A stretch of DNA of 49,904 bases from Octopus sinensis (lineage: Eukaryota). The stretch covers positions 1 to 49,904 of the forward strand of contig NW_021834299.1 in NCBI RefSeq assembly GCF_006345805.1, given 5' to 3'. The notes beneath the pieces were generated by a model, which searched no databases, was not told where the DNA came from, and saw only the letters and a list, made by a program, of their open reading frames with translations. Made by a program: the position numbers and the translations under genes. Below are positions 26,202 to 39,135 of this stretch, in pieces (the stretch's first letter is position 1; every line of letters begins with the position of its first letter).

Positions 26202-26759
26202 CATACATACATATATACATATTTATACATGTATACATATGTATATTATGTATGTGTGTGTGCGCGCGCACATGGCAGTCTGTATCTGTGTTTCTGTACC
26301 ACGGTCTACACAGACAGTTGTCGTGCTGCACGTATATATTTTTTTCTGTCGATGGTGCGGTGTGGTTGGTGATGGTAGGCGGGTGGCTGGTTAGGTGAGG
26401 AGAAAAACAGTAGAAATGAACCATGCAGATCACTGCATCTACCTTAATTGTGGCTTCTTCCAGACGAATTGCTGTCATCAAGATTACCGACTTACACTAA
26501 AATTTCATCGAGAACATTTGGCGAAGAAAATAAAATGAATGTCTATGGCTAAGCATTAATCTATTGCTATATGTGTGTGTATGTATGTATATACATATAT
26601 AAAGTTAATGTATATATATATATATATATATCCGTTTACTTCCAGAAAGTTTTGACAAGAACATTCTTGCGTTTCACAAAATGTTGGCTGTGAAAATTTG
26701 ACGCTGAAAAAATAATGAGTGTTTATTGTTGAGCAGAAGTCTATAAGTGCACGTATCGA

Positions 26760-26864
<105 letters not shown>

Positions 26865-27106
26865 ATATGTATGTATGTATGTATAGATATGCATCTATGT
26901 ATATGCAGATATATATATGTACGTATGTATGTAGATACGTATATGTATATATATATATATGTGTGTGCATGTATGTATGTATGTATGTATGTATATATGT
27001 GTGTGTGCAAGTGTGTGTGAACGCATATGCATATATACACAATGACAGAAAGAGAGAGAGAGAACATGTTTTATCTTTTTGAAACTAATCTATAATATAC
27101 ACTCAC

Positions 27107-27206
<100 letters not shown>

Positions 27207-27332
27207 GCACGCACACACTCACACATATCTAAATATATACATATGTACATATATAATATATTCCTAAGCAGAAAATTAAATCACGTATGTGTGTGCATGT
27301 GTGTGTGTGTCTGTAATAAATATATATACACG

Positions 27333-27381
<49 letters not shown>

Positions 27382-28139
27382 TATATATATATATATATGT
27401 GTGTATGTTTATACAAATGTACGAGTGTATGTATGTATGTATGTATGTATGTATGTATGTATGTATGTATGTAGTGTGTATGTATGTATGTATGTATGTA
27501 TGTATCTATGTATGTATGTATACACCCGTTTACTTTTCATGTCTGCCTTCGATTATCTGTATTATATTAATATATTGTCTGGAACAGAAAACGAAGCAGC
27601 AGCAGAAATATTGTTTTCTATTTTATACACAGAAACTCACACACACACACACATACACACAAACACTCACACACACATACCCATAACCGCAAATACTTGC
27701 ACACATAAATACATTCACACGTATAATACATTCAATGTGACACACATGCCTATGCATATATATATATATACACATACAAACGCACAAATTTAAAAGCATA
27801 CAGCTCATACACACACACACACACATACACCAATCTTATCACGGTTTTCTCTTTGGGTACACATATACACACAAACGCGTGTGTGTAGAATTCTCCTTAT
27901 ACGCGGATGGACAATATAAAAAATAGTATTACCACGTGCACGCATGCGCGCTCACACACGCATGCACACACATACAGATAGGCACATCCACACACACATC
28001 CACATACACACACACACACACGTGTGTGTGCGCGCTCACGCATCCCATAGAAACGTCAGCCTCGACAAACAACAGTTTCAGCAACAACACCAACAACAAC
28101 AACGATCAATACTTCACTGTCGACGTCGCCGTGTCGTTA

Positions 28140-28386
28140 TTGTCATCATCATCATCATCACCACCATCATCATCACCACCATCATCATCATCACCACCAC
28201 CATCATCATTATCATCATTATCATCATCATTATCATCATCTTTATCATCATCATCATATCATCATCATCATCATCATCATCACCACCACCACCACCACCA
28301 TCTTCATCATTATCATCATCACCATCGTCATTATCAGCAGCAGCAGCATCAACCCCATCATCATCATCATTATCATCATCATCATC

Positions 28387-28424
<38 letters not shown>

Positions 28425-28521
28425 CATCACCATCATCATCATCATTGCCTTCATTTCCTTATCGTCATCAGCATCAGAAACGTCTCCACCACCAGCACAA
28501 CCAATACTGTCATCATCATCG

Positions 28522-28560
<39 letters not shown>

Positions 28561-28807
28561 CCAGCGCCGCCACCACCACCGCCACCACTATCATCATCAT
28601 CGTCGTCATCATCATCATTATCCTCATCGCCCTCATTATCATCATTACCATTATTATCGCCACCATCACCAACACCACCATCATCATCATCATCATCATC
28701 ATCACGAAGCGACAATAGCAATAAATCAGTGTTAAGTTCACTTTATCCAAAATGTTGTCTGGACTTGATGTGATCTCTTCTATCATGAGTAGTAGTAGTA
28801 GTAGTAA

Positions 28808-28868
<61 letters not shown>
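28140..28868. repeat. (CAT/CAC)n and (TAG)n trinucleotide tracts
   Basis: Directly visible; source of the poly-His/Ser/Ile/Asp/Met pseudo-ORFs. Confidence 0.95.
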
Positions 28869-28869
<1 letters not shown>

Positions 28870-29029
28870 CCTTTTATGATTCATGGTTTGTGTAAATACG
28901 TCTAGCATTTCCGAGGAGTTGATAAATTCGGTTTGCAATCTTGAAGTCCTGGTTTCTATCCCAGAGCGTGGTATCTAACACAAGTGTATTTTATCATAAC
29001 TCTTGGTCGACCGATGCTTTGTATGTAAA

Positions 29030-29200
29030 ATTCACAATACGGGATTTGCTATACAGAATTCACTATACGAAATTCGTCGTGTGGAATTCGTTATACGGAG
29101 TTTGCTATACGGAATTCGCTCTATGGAAGTCACTATACGGAAATCGTAGTGCGGAGTTTGTTATATGAAATTTGTTATTTGGAATTCTTTATACCGAAGT
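29030..29200. repeat. Degenerate 14-bp minisatellite (ctatacggaattcg), ~12 units
   Basis: Recurrent tatac(g/a)gaattc variants at 14-bp spacing. Confidence 0.8.
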
Positions 29201-29547
29201 TGTCTTTTTGAAAAGAAACTGAGGGAAATTCGTCGGACGATTGTCCCTGTGATACAATTGTCTGTGGCGTACTCTGCCATTTACACGTTAAATTAATAAG
29301 TCGGACGTTCAGTAGAACCAGCAACTGAATTCTCATCGTTAAAACCGACGGAAGACCCAGGATCATCATCATCGTCGTCATGATCATCACCAAATACATC
29401 GCAAATATTCTTTTCGAAAACTTTTAGGCGAAGGTATGGCAGCTTTTCAGCCATGTGGTTTCTTGTTCATACTCACTGCACTATAGCCCCGGGCTAAACA
29501 ATTTCTTGTGAATGGGGCGGTTATACGGAAACAATGCGGAAGACTTC

Positions 29548-29621
<74 letters not shown>

Positions 29622-30018
29622 TATATATTACGGAGGTGTACTTGCATAGCAAGTGACCTGATCTGATATCGTGTGCTGGAATGAAAACAATTGTAGCGTG
29701 GAAGGTGTTTTAAGCCATTTAAGAAACACACAAAAACCGTTAGATTTACTTCAACATTTAAATTTAATTTACCAATATATATATATATATATATATTCCT
29801 GTGTCAGTAACCCATGTATATTTTGGTTCATTTGTTTCTATATATTTCTATGTATTCACATCCTTGTTTACGCAGTTACCAGCTTTTTCTACTAGTTAAT
29901 GTGCATCACTCATACATGTGTGTGGAATCATCCAATGCAATTGAATAAATAGACATACTTGAATGTTTACTGCCTGGTGTCTGTTGATTTTATATCCTCT
30001 TCGTTTTCATATTTGCCC

Positions 30019-30077
<59 letters not shown>

Positions 30078-30283
30078 TATATACACATTCACACACACAT
30101 ACACACACACACACACACGTTAATGTCGAGTAGGTTAGAATGAGTGCTCAACACTGCTTTAGTGGGGAAATATTTTTATTTGTGAATTAACAAGGCAACC
30201 AATGGTTTCACGTCGAAGAGATCTCCACAATTATTCAAGCGAACCACTGGGGAATGTTAGCACTAATTTTCATTTATAGATAT

Positions 30284-30740
30284 AGGCGCAGGAGTGGCTG
30301 TGTGGTATGTAGCTTGCTTCCCAACCACATGGTTTCGGGTTCACTCCCACTGCGTAGCACCGTGAGCAAGTGTCTTCTACTATAGCCTCGGCCGACCAAA
30401 GCCTTGTGAGTGGATTTGGTAGACGGAAACTGAAAGAAGCCCGTCGTATGTATATGTGTGTGCGTTTGTGTGTGTGTGTGTCTGTGTGTGTCTGTGTGTG
30501 TCTGTGTCTATGTTTGTCCCCCATCATCACTTGACAACCGATGTTGGTGTGTTTACGTCCCCGAAATTTAGTGGTTCGGCATAAGAGACCGATAGAATAA
30601 GTACTAGGCTTACAAAGAATAGGTCTTGGGGTCGATATGTTTTAGTAAAGGTGGTAGTAAAGCATGGCCGCAGTCAAAAGGTGGTAGTAAAGCGTGGCCG
30701 CAGTCAAATGACTGAAACGAATAAAAGAATAAAAGAAAAG
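30284..30740 (+). mobile_element. SINE family B, full length, with a 30-bp tandem duplication in the tail
   Basis: Matches 11889-12220; aaggtggtagtaaagc.tggccgcagtcaa occurs twice. Confidence 0.9.
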
Positions 30741-31004
30741 AATATATACATACATACATATATATATTTAGTGGGTGGCCCAAGAGTAGCTTTACAGTTA
30801 TTCAAGTATCTCTTTCGCATTCATATCTTAACAGTTTAGACCTTAATCATAAAAAATATAAAACTATTATTCTCTACTAATTTAGTTAATTACGTCAAGC
30901 TCGCTTTTCATTTTGTAAGATAGAAATTTAAATGCAATAAAATGTTTGTTTTAAAAGAAATTTAAAGTGCCTACGTGATAACTTTTGGGCCACCCTGTAT
31001 ATAT

Positions 31005-31095
<91 letters not shown>

Positions 31096-31148
31096 ATTGC
31101 TAGCCACTACGCATTCTTTATTTTCTCTCCTTGTTTCTTTCTGTGTTC

Positions 31149-31184
31149 CTTTCTGTGGAAGAGCGTAGGCTCGAAACGTTAAAG
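31149..31184 (+). ncRNA. Variant ultra-minimal hammerhead-like motif
   Basis: cttt CTGTGGA a gagc gtag gctc GAAAC GTT aaag: stems I and II are perfect, but core A6 is substituted and stem III is reduced to acgt. Confidence 0.45.
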
Positions 31185-31272
31185 ACTTTTCCACTTCCCG
31201 AGCGTTATAATAATACATCTGTTTATTGTCTACACCACCTGTCTACGTCTTTTGTCTTCCTATATATACATA

Positions 31273-31308
<36 letters not shown>

Positions 31309-31326
31309 TGTATGTATTTATGTATA

Positions 31327-31520
31327 CTTGTTTCAGTCATTTGACTGCGGTCATGCTGGAGCAGCGCCTTAAATGGTGGTAGTCGAAGAAATCGACGCCA
31401 GTGTTTATTCTTTGTAAGGCCGGGACTTATTCTGTTGGTCTATTTTGCCGAACCGCCAGCTAACGGGGACATAAACACACCAACATTGGTTCAAGCGGTG
31501 GCGAGGGGACAAACACAGAC
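31327..31520 (-). mobile_element. SINE family B, 3' half
   Basis: Reverse complement of the tail gctccagcatgaccgcagtcaaatgactgaaacaag. Confidence 0.8.
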
Positions 31521-31553
31521 ACACACAAATATGTATGTGTATATAGATAGATT

Positions 31554-31637
<84 letters not shown>

Positions 31638-31685
31638 CATACATACATACATACAAACATACATACATACATACATACATACATA

Positions 31686-33249
31686 CAGTTGCGGACACAA
31701 GTAGGTATAAGTTTTTATCAAAGTTGTTTTATATTCTATAATTTTCACAGACAATACATACAATATTAATTGTTATTGTCTGAGATTTTGGTGTAATTTG
31801 AGAGGATAATACAAAAGTTATGGATGATTTAGGGATTTACTGCAAAACCCATGGCGGCCAAAATGATCAGAACGGTACTTTTACTCCGTGTTTTAGTATA
31901 TTTAACCGGTGAACTCTAATGATTTGAATTTGTTTACCTGACGGTTCGTTTACTAAACATTAGTAAGAGTATCTGCAGTGTACTTTGTTAATATAATGCC
32001 ACTTACTCCGTTACCAATTCGTCAGCAGATTATTAAGCTTCGAAAGAAGGATAATTTAAGTATTGGGTCTATTGCAAAGATTGTTAACAAGTCAAAAAGT
32101 GTTGTTCACGGTATTCTTAAGGTCTTCATGATTGTGGTTCATGTGAAGCAAGACAGTCTACAGGTAGGCCAAGAAAAACGACTAAGAGAGAAGATCGTGC
32201 TATGGTAAAGTTGGTTAAAAAGGACAGATTTAAAACTGCTGCTGCTGTTTCTCGGGAAATGAGCATTGTACTGAAGAAAACTTTATTTCGAAAAACTGTC
32301 TCATCATTTAGTTGAACATTACCTACAAGCAAGAGCACCTGCAGTGAAGCCACTGATCAGCTCCAAGAATAAAAAGTGTCGTCTTACCTTTGCAACCGAA
32401 AATGGGTTGTACTCTCAAAAAAAATGGCAAACGGTGCATTTCCGTGATGAATCTAAGTTTATGTTATATGGCTCAGATGGGAAAGTAGGTGAAAAATTGT
32501 CGCCTAAATGCCTTAAGACTAGTGTTAAATTCGGTGGAGGAAGTGTCATGGTTTGGGGGATGATATCTGGAGATGGTGTGAGCCCTTTGGTGAGATTACA
32601 TGGAAAGGTAAATGCAGGAGTTTATAAACAACTTGTAAAAGATCCTGTCTTGCCTGTGCTGAGAAATTCAACTAAGCGATCACCCATATTCAGGCAGGAC
32701 AATGCCCCATGTCACAAGGCTAAGGTGGTCATGAACTTTCTCAAGGCTGAAAAGATTATTGTTATGGATTGGCCTGCTCAAATCCCAGATCTTAATCCTA
32801 TTGAAAATGTGTGGAATGTTCTAGGAGAACGTTCGAAAGCCAGAAATCCTAAAACAACCGAGCAATTATGGAATGCCCTTCAGGAGGAATGGAATAAGAT
32901 CACCCAGCAAGAAATTGAAAGTTTAATTTCCTCATGCAGTCGAAGATGTCAAAATTTGATTTAAGCTAAAGGGCTTCACACTAAATATTAAATAATTCCA
33001 GTATTCTCTGTCATTTTTGATTATTTTGTTATTTTTTTCAACCGTTCTGATCATTTTGGCCGCCATGGGTTTTGCTAAATCATCCATAACTTTTGTATTA
33101 TCCTCTCAAATTACACCAAAATCTCAGACAATAATAATTAATATCGTATTTATTGTCTGTGAAAATTATAGAATATAAAACAACTTTGATAAAAACTTAT
33201 ACCTACTTTTCTGACGAAAAAAATGCCGTTCTGAACATTTTGGCCGCAA

Positions 33250-33252
<3 letters not shown>
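31686..33252 (+). mobile_element. Tc1-family DNA transposon, full length, IR/DR-type TIRs, TA target duplication
   Basis: TA|cagttgcgg...ccgcaactg|TA; TIRs at 31686-31876 and 33041-33252; internal direct repeat gcggccaaaatg(a/t)tcagaacgg. Confidence 0.95.
31996..32991 (+). pseudogene. Tc1 DD34E transposase pseudogene
   Basis: HTH N-terminus, FRDESKF, GGGSVMVWG, QDNAPCH-34aa-PDLNPIENVW and C-terminal KGLHTKY; frameshifts and a premature TAA at 32962. Confidence 0.95.
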
Positions 33253-33328
<76 letters not shown>

Positions 33329-33339
33329 TATATATATAT

Positions 33340-33382
<43 letters not shown>

Positions 33383-33385
<3 letters not shown>

Positions 33386-33512
33386 GCCTGCTCGCTTAGC
33401 CAGCGGGGTGGCGTCATTTGAAGGCTAAAACAATGCGAAGCGCATTGTGACCAGCGACGTGTAGCAACATTTAATAGCCTGGTCGGTCACGTGATCACGT
33501 GATCACGTGATA
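33383..33512 (+). mobile_element. SINE family C, 3' tail
   Basis: gccagcggggtggcgtcatttgaaggctaaaacaatgcg...gtcacgtgatcacgtga. Confidence 0.85.
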
Positions 33513-33551
33513 TGTATGTATTTGTATACATGTGCGTGTGTGAGTGTATAT

Positions 33552-33710
33552 ACGATGGGCTTCTTCCCGTTTCCGTCTACCAAAACCACTCACAAGTCTT
33601 TGGTCGGCCCGAGGCTATGGTAGAAAACACTTGCTCAAGGTGCTACACAGTGGGACTGAAACCGGAACTATGTGGTTGAGAAGCAAGCTTCTTACCACAC
33701 CGCTACGCCT

Positions 33711-33715
<5 letters not shown>
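33552..33715 (-). mobile_element. SINE family B, 5' half
   Basis: Reverse complement of gcgcaggcgtagcggtgtggtaagaagcttgc...ggttccggtttcagtccc. Confidence 0.85.
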
Positions 33716-33766
<51 letters not shown>

Positions 33767-33770
<4 letters not shown>

Positions 33771-35897
33771 AACTTTACCCGCTGGATTTTTCTCAGAAAA
33801 ATATACCTATCCCTGCACGGAAACAATATCTCAAAGGTCTTATAGAGAAAACGGAAGAGTTTATTAGAAGACTGAGATGGAAAGCCTTCTTCTTTGATAA
33901 TAAACAGAAAATAGAAGGAAACAAATATGGATTTAAATCTCCCAGAAACCCGCCACCGATTCCGGAATTAGAAGCCTTCGAGAAAGACCTTTTCGAGCTT
34001 ATTAGGAAAATTAAATTCCGCAAATATACCAACCAATTGCAGACAAATATGAGAGAAAAAATTAAGGAGATTAACGACTCGAATAAGATCTTCGTTAATT
34101 CTGACAAGACAAGGAACTTATATGCACTTGATAAGGACGTTTATAAACGCCTGATTTCGAATAGTGTCACGGACACATACAAAAAAGACAACACGAATAT
34201 ATACAAAGAGGTGAACTTAGAAGCAAGAGGAATAGCTAACGATCTTAAGATTAGCGATAGGATTGAATACCTTTCACCACGACCAGCTTTTATTACTCTG
34301 AAAGACCATAAAGCCAATTTTAGTAGAAACCCCAAATGTAGATTGATAAATCCGGCTAAAACTGAGATAGGAATTATTAGCAAAAAATTTTGGACCGTAT
34401 TTAGTTAAGTTAGATAGTGAAGTAGACTTGAGAATTTGGAAGAATAGTAAGTCAGTTATAGAGTGGTTTAAAGGTATTAGCTATAAGAATAATTGTAGTT
34501 TCACACAATTCGACATTATTGACTTTTACCCGTCAATATCTAGGACGTTGCCTAAGGGCATTGGACTTCGCCAAGCAGTATGTCAACATCGATAGCTCGG
34601 AAATTGATATTATTATGCATGCGAGGAAATCGCTTCTTTTTTTCGAGGATTCCACCTGGATTAAGAAGACTGAGGATTCTCTTTTCGATGTACCGATGGG
34701 GGCATACGACGGGGCTGAGTTATGTATGCTCATAGGAGCCTTTATTCTCCATAATCTAAAAATAGAATTCCCATTTATAGATGCAGGTTTATATAGGGAT
34801 GACGGCCTTATAGCCACGCATAATCTAAACGGCCATGAATCAGATAGACTTAGGAAGGACATCATAGCTTTCTTTCAAAGGATGGGCTTACGGGTTACGA
34901 TAGATGCTAACCTGAATAGTGTAGATTTTTTAGACGTAAATTTTAATGTAGGATCGGATAGATTTAAACCTTTCCGTAAGCCCAATGAAAAGCTATCGTA
35001 TATTAGCAAAGATTCGAACCATCCACCAGTTATCCTTAGGAACTTAGTCAGCAATGTAGGTAGAAGAATATCTTCAATTTCTTCGGACGAGGCAGCATTC
35101 CATAATGCTGCACCTTATTACGATAGCGCATTAGAGAATAGTGGATTCTCTGAGAAGATCCAGTTCAACCAGCTTAATGCTGATAATAATGCTGCACGAA
35201 GAACTAGAACCAGGAAAGTTTTGTGGTTCAACCCGGCTTTCAATTTGGCCGTAAAGACTAATATAGGTAAGGAATTTTTGAGATTAGTCTCTAAGCATTT
35301 TAAGCAGGGTCATAAATTCTATAGGATATTTAACAGAAGAACCCTGAAGGTTAGCTATTCTTGTTGCAGAAATTTCGCCTCTTACATTAGCCAACATAAT
35401 AGGAAGCTAATTGAGATTAGACATGGTGCCGAGACCATTAAGAAATGTAATTTCAAAAACGAAAGCTCCTGTCCGTTAGAAGGGAAATGTCTGGTGAAAG
35501 GAGTAGTTTATAGAGCCAAGGTGCAAGTGGAAGGCTCATCGGAATACAAGACATACACAGGGGCTTCAGAAAATCATTAAAAACAAGATTTTATTCTCAT
35601 AAAAATTCATTTAAATACCCAGAGAATAGGAAGAAAACCAGCCTAGCAAAATATGTCTGGGAACTAAAAGAAAAGGAAGCCCCACCTTTCAACGTGACAT
35701 GGAGCATTCTGGACAGGGCGGCACCATACAGGCATGGAGCTTACAAAAATAATTTCAAGTGCAAGCTTTGTTTATTAGAAAAAATGTACATCTTATTCAA
35801 AGACAATAATTCTTTGAATCAAAGAAGCGAGCTAATGAACTTATGTAGGCACGCGGCTAAATTTAAAATGTCGAATATAAATATACCATATGGATAG
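33767..35897 (+). mobile_element. Penelope-like retroelement ORF (RT + C-terminal GIY-YIG), Naiad-type, split by four frameshifts
   Basis: SQKNIPIP...LIEKTEEFIRRLRWKAFFF, SDKTRNLY, FITLKDHK...CRLINPAK, FDIIDFYPSIS, FDVPMGAYDGAELC, GLYRDDGL, DFLDVNF, WFNPAF, GVVYRAKV...YTGASE and CKLCLLEK...LNQRSELMNLCRH. Starts directly after (TA)n. Confidence 0.93.
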
Positions 35898-36812
35898 AGT
35901 ATATATTTTGTATTTTTGATTTTGATTTTGACTCTTGAACGATGAGCGCTACGATGGATCTTGTTTCCAAGGAATGCGGATCTTAATCCGTATAGCAAAG
36001 TCTTATGTTTCTACATATATATTAGGAAAAACCTCCAACTTTTGTTTTCATGTTATTGTATTATATAGGATTACCTTGATTATTTATATTACCTTAATTA
36101 TTTATAAATGACCCAAAATAGGATGTTATTTTATTTTATATGTCTTTCGTATATATTTTTATTAATGCACCCATTTTTCTTTTTAAAAAAAGCAATGTTT
36201 TTTTTTAAAAAAAAAGCAATGTTGTCAAAATTAGAATGTTGATATAAGTATGTGCATAGCAAAGCATATGTATTTGTAAGCATGCGTATCTGTGTATGTG
36301 TAAGTGAAAGTATGTTTGTGCTTAAGCACACATATACACGACTGTATCCATTCAAACTTATGTATGTATACTGGTCTCCATATATGCCATAATGCCGTTA
36401 CACTGCTTGTATACATAATTTTTTCTTATTTCGTTTTTTTCCCCACACCTCCTTCGTTCCTTTTCTCTCTCTCCCTTTCTTTCGTTCCTCCCTTACTCAG
36501 TATATGAGAATCGCTACATAGATCTTTTAACTTGCGTGCGAGATGGTTTTGCGTGAATATATGTACACATGCTTTTATGTGTATATTTAGATTTATATTC
36601 ATACGTCTGTATATGTATGGCGTTTGCACGCATAATTTTGTGTATGTTGATATATATATGTAGATTTTAATATAATATGTATTGTTGCAGTGTAATATTT
36701 ATAACAGGTTTAATTTCTATGCATTAATTTGCACTTTCTTCATTAACGTCAATATGTATTTTATTCAATGTAAGGTTTTTTCCTCGGATTTTATAATTTA
36801 TAAGTTTTTATA

Positions 36813-36849
<37 letters not shown>

Positions 36850-36981
36850 CCTTTTTGTTTATCGCTCGAAGATTGACCGTTTTTTCTAAAGGGCCAATCA
36901 AACAAGTCCATTTCTTTTTAAAGGTGTAGCGTTTGTAAGAGTATAGATTGAATTGATATATCAGTTCCATTCTAGCAAAAA

Positions 36982-37019
36982 CTGTCTGATGAACGGCAAC
37001 GAGAAACTCAGAGTAACAG
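36982..37019 (+). ncRNA. Minimal type I hammerhead ribozyme in a ~210-bp (TA)n-flanked insert (36849-37060)
   Basis: ctgt CTGATGA a cg gcaa cg a GAAAC tc a ga GTA acag: intact core, GNRA-capped 2-bp stem II, pseudo-palindromic stem III actc-a-gagt. Confidence 0.8.
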
Positions 37020-37055
37020 ATTTGGTTGAATTTTCTGCTGCTAAAATAAAAAAAG

Positions 37056-37096
<41 letters not shown>

Positions 37097-37127
37097 GTTA
37101 TATATATATATATAAAATATTATGTTA

Positions 37128-37197
37128 CAGTTACTCAATAGTCAAGAGTTTCAGATGCCGAAGTGGAAATCCACAACACCATCTCTTCGGTTATCTG
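37128..37197 (-). ncRNA. Hammerhead-like motif, degenerate
   Basis: Minus strand reads cagataa CCGAAGA gatg...gtgga tt tccac...catc t GAAAC tc ttgactatt ga GTA actg; U4C substitution and poor stem I. Confidence 0.45.
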
Positions 37198-37659
37198 GCT
37201 ATCTGAAAAACGTTATGAAAAATACCGTTATATAAAGGGAAATTACTGTGTTATAATTCCGCTACTTATATAAATTAAAATTAAAAGTTCATAGTAAACA
37301 CGTAAACATGGCTACTCATACGCTCACATGTGCGCTCGCGGACCAACGTGCGTACTTATACGTCACTATGAAAACGTACACATCTTCACTCGCATTTTTC
37401 GCGAAATGTATACGCATATATATACAAACTCATGCACACACACGCGTACCGCAAAAGTTCATACATACGTCTATATACGCACAAGCACAAGAAAAAACAA
37501 ATTTCCTCTATTTACATAATATTGAGGTCTCTTTCTTTCTTTTTTGTTATCTTACCGTTTTTACCAATTATATATATACCAATATATATATATATACACA
37601 CACACATATATATATACGTGTAGGTGCTCGCGTGTATATGTGTTTGTGCCCGTGTTTCT

Positions 37660-37862
37660 CCCCCACCACCGATTGACAACCGTGGTTTGTGTGTTTACAT
37701 CACCGTGTCTTAGCGGTTCGGCAAAATTACCCGATAGAAGGCTTAGAATACCAGGCTTAGGAAGAAATTTCAAAACTAAGTACTGGCATCGATTCCTTCT
37801 TGAAGATGGTGCCCCAGCACGGCCGCAATCAAATGGCTGAAACAAGTAAAAGATAAAAGATA
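37660..37862 (+). mobile_element. SINE family B, 3' half
   Basis: ttgacaaccg...ttagcggttcggcaaaa...ggccgcaatcaaatggctgaaacaagtaaaag. Confidence 0.8.
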
Positions 37863-37929
37863 TCGTTTCTCGGGAGTGATGCCGGATGTCTTTGTAATTT
37901 CAAGCAGCTTCTTGCATCCTGCTTCGTTG

Positions 37930-39135
37930 TGGCCGCGGCAGCGGAGGCGGCGGCGGCGGCGGCGCCTCGGCGGTGGTAGTGGTGGTGGTGGTGGTGGTGG
38001 TGGTGGTAGTGATGGTGGTGGTGGTGGTGGTGGTGGTGGTGGTGGTTGTTAGGCGGCGGCGGTGGTGGTGGTTATAGTGTTGTAGTTTTTGCTATTGCTC
38101 TTGCTGTTGTTGTTGTTGGTTGTGGTGGTGGTGGTAGTGGTGGTGACGATGATGATGATGATGATGAAGATGGTGGTGGTAGTGGTGGTGGTGTTGATGG
38201 TGTTAGTGGTGGTGGTGGTGGTGGTGGTGGTGGTAATGATAATGGGGATGATGATGATGACGATGATGAATATGGTGGTGGTTGTGCTGCTGATGGTGTT
38301 AGTTGTGGTAGTGGTAATGATGATGATGATGAGGAGGAGGAGGAGAAGGAAGATGTTGATGATGATGATGATGATGATGGAGGTGGTGGTAATAGCTGTG
38401 ATGACAATGATATATAGCGGTATTTCGTCTGCCGTTACGTTCTGAGTTCAAAATAAGCCAAGGTCGACTTTGCCTTTCATCCTTTCGGGGTCAACTAAAT
38501 AAGTACCAGTTACGCGCTCGGGTCGATGTAATCGACTTAATCCCTTTGTCTGTCCCTTCATTGTTTATCCTCCTGTGAGCAATAAAGAAATAGATATATG
38601 TGATGGTGATGGTGGCGGTGATGGTGATGGTGGCGGTGATGGTGATGGTGGCGGTGATGGTGATGGTGCTACAGTAATAAAACACATGAAGCCGTTCGCC
38701 ACACCTAGTTTGGTAAAGAGACGAGAGATGGCTGTCAAAGTGTGGACAGCGTGGGTGGTGCGATCGGGTGGGAGTATGAGGTGAAGAGAAGTTATGCCGA
38801 AGAGTCGTCGTCGTCGTCATCACCATCATCATCATCATCATCACAAGCTTAACTCTTGTCGTCATCGTAATTCTCATTATTACCATCATCATTATCATTA
38901 CCGTCTTCATAATCATTATCACTATCATCATCATTATTATCAATCTTCGTCACCAGCGCCATCATCGCCACTTCCATCATCATCATCATCGTAATCATCA
39001 TCATCCTTATCATCATCATCGTCATCATCATCATCCTTATCATCATCATCATCATCATCATTACCATCAACATCATCCTCTTCACTATCGTTTTGATCAT
39101 CAATGTCATCAACAACAACAGCAGCAGCAGCAGCA
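37930..39135. repeat. (GGT/GAT)n and (CAT)n tracts, including an 18-bp repeat at 38601-38668
   Basis: Directly visible. Confidence 0.9.
38416..38590 (+). mobile_element. SINE family A, 5'-truncated
   Basis: agcggtatttcgtctgccgttacgttctgagttcaaa...gactttgcctttcatcctttcggggtc. Confidence 0.8.

Noticed and set aside
35925-36005. SECIS or HHR in the 3' UTR of the Naiad-type element (some Naiads encode selenoproteins)
   Set aside because: Small hairpins exist (cttg/caag, tgcgga/tccgta, gcta/tagc), but there is no SECIS helix II, no CUGANGA/GAAAC pair and no in-frame TGA in the reconstructed ORF.
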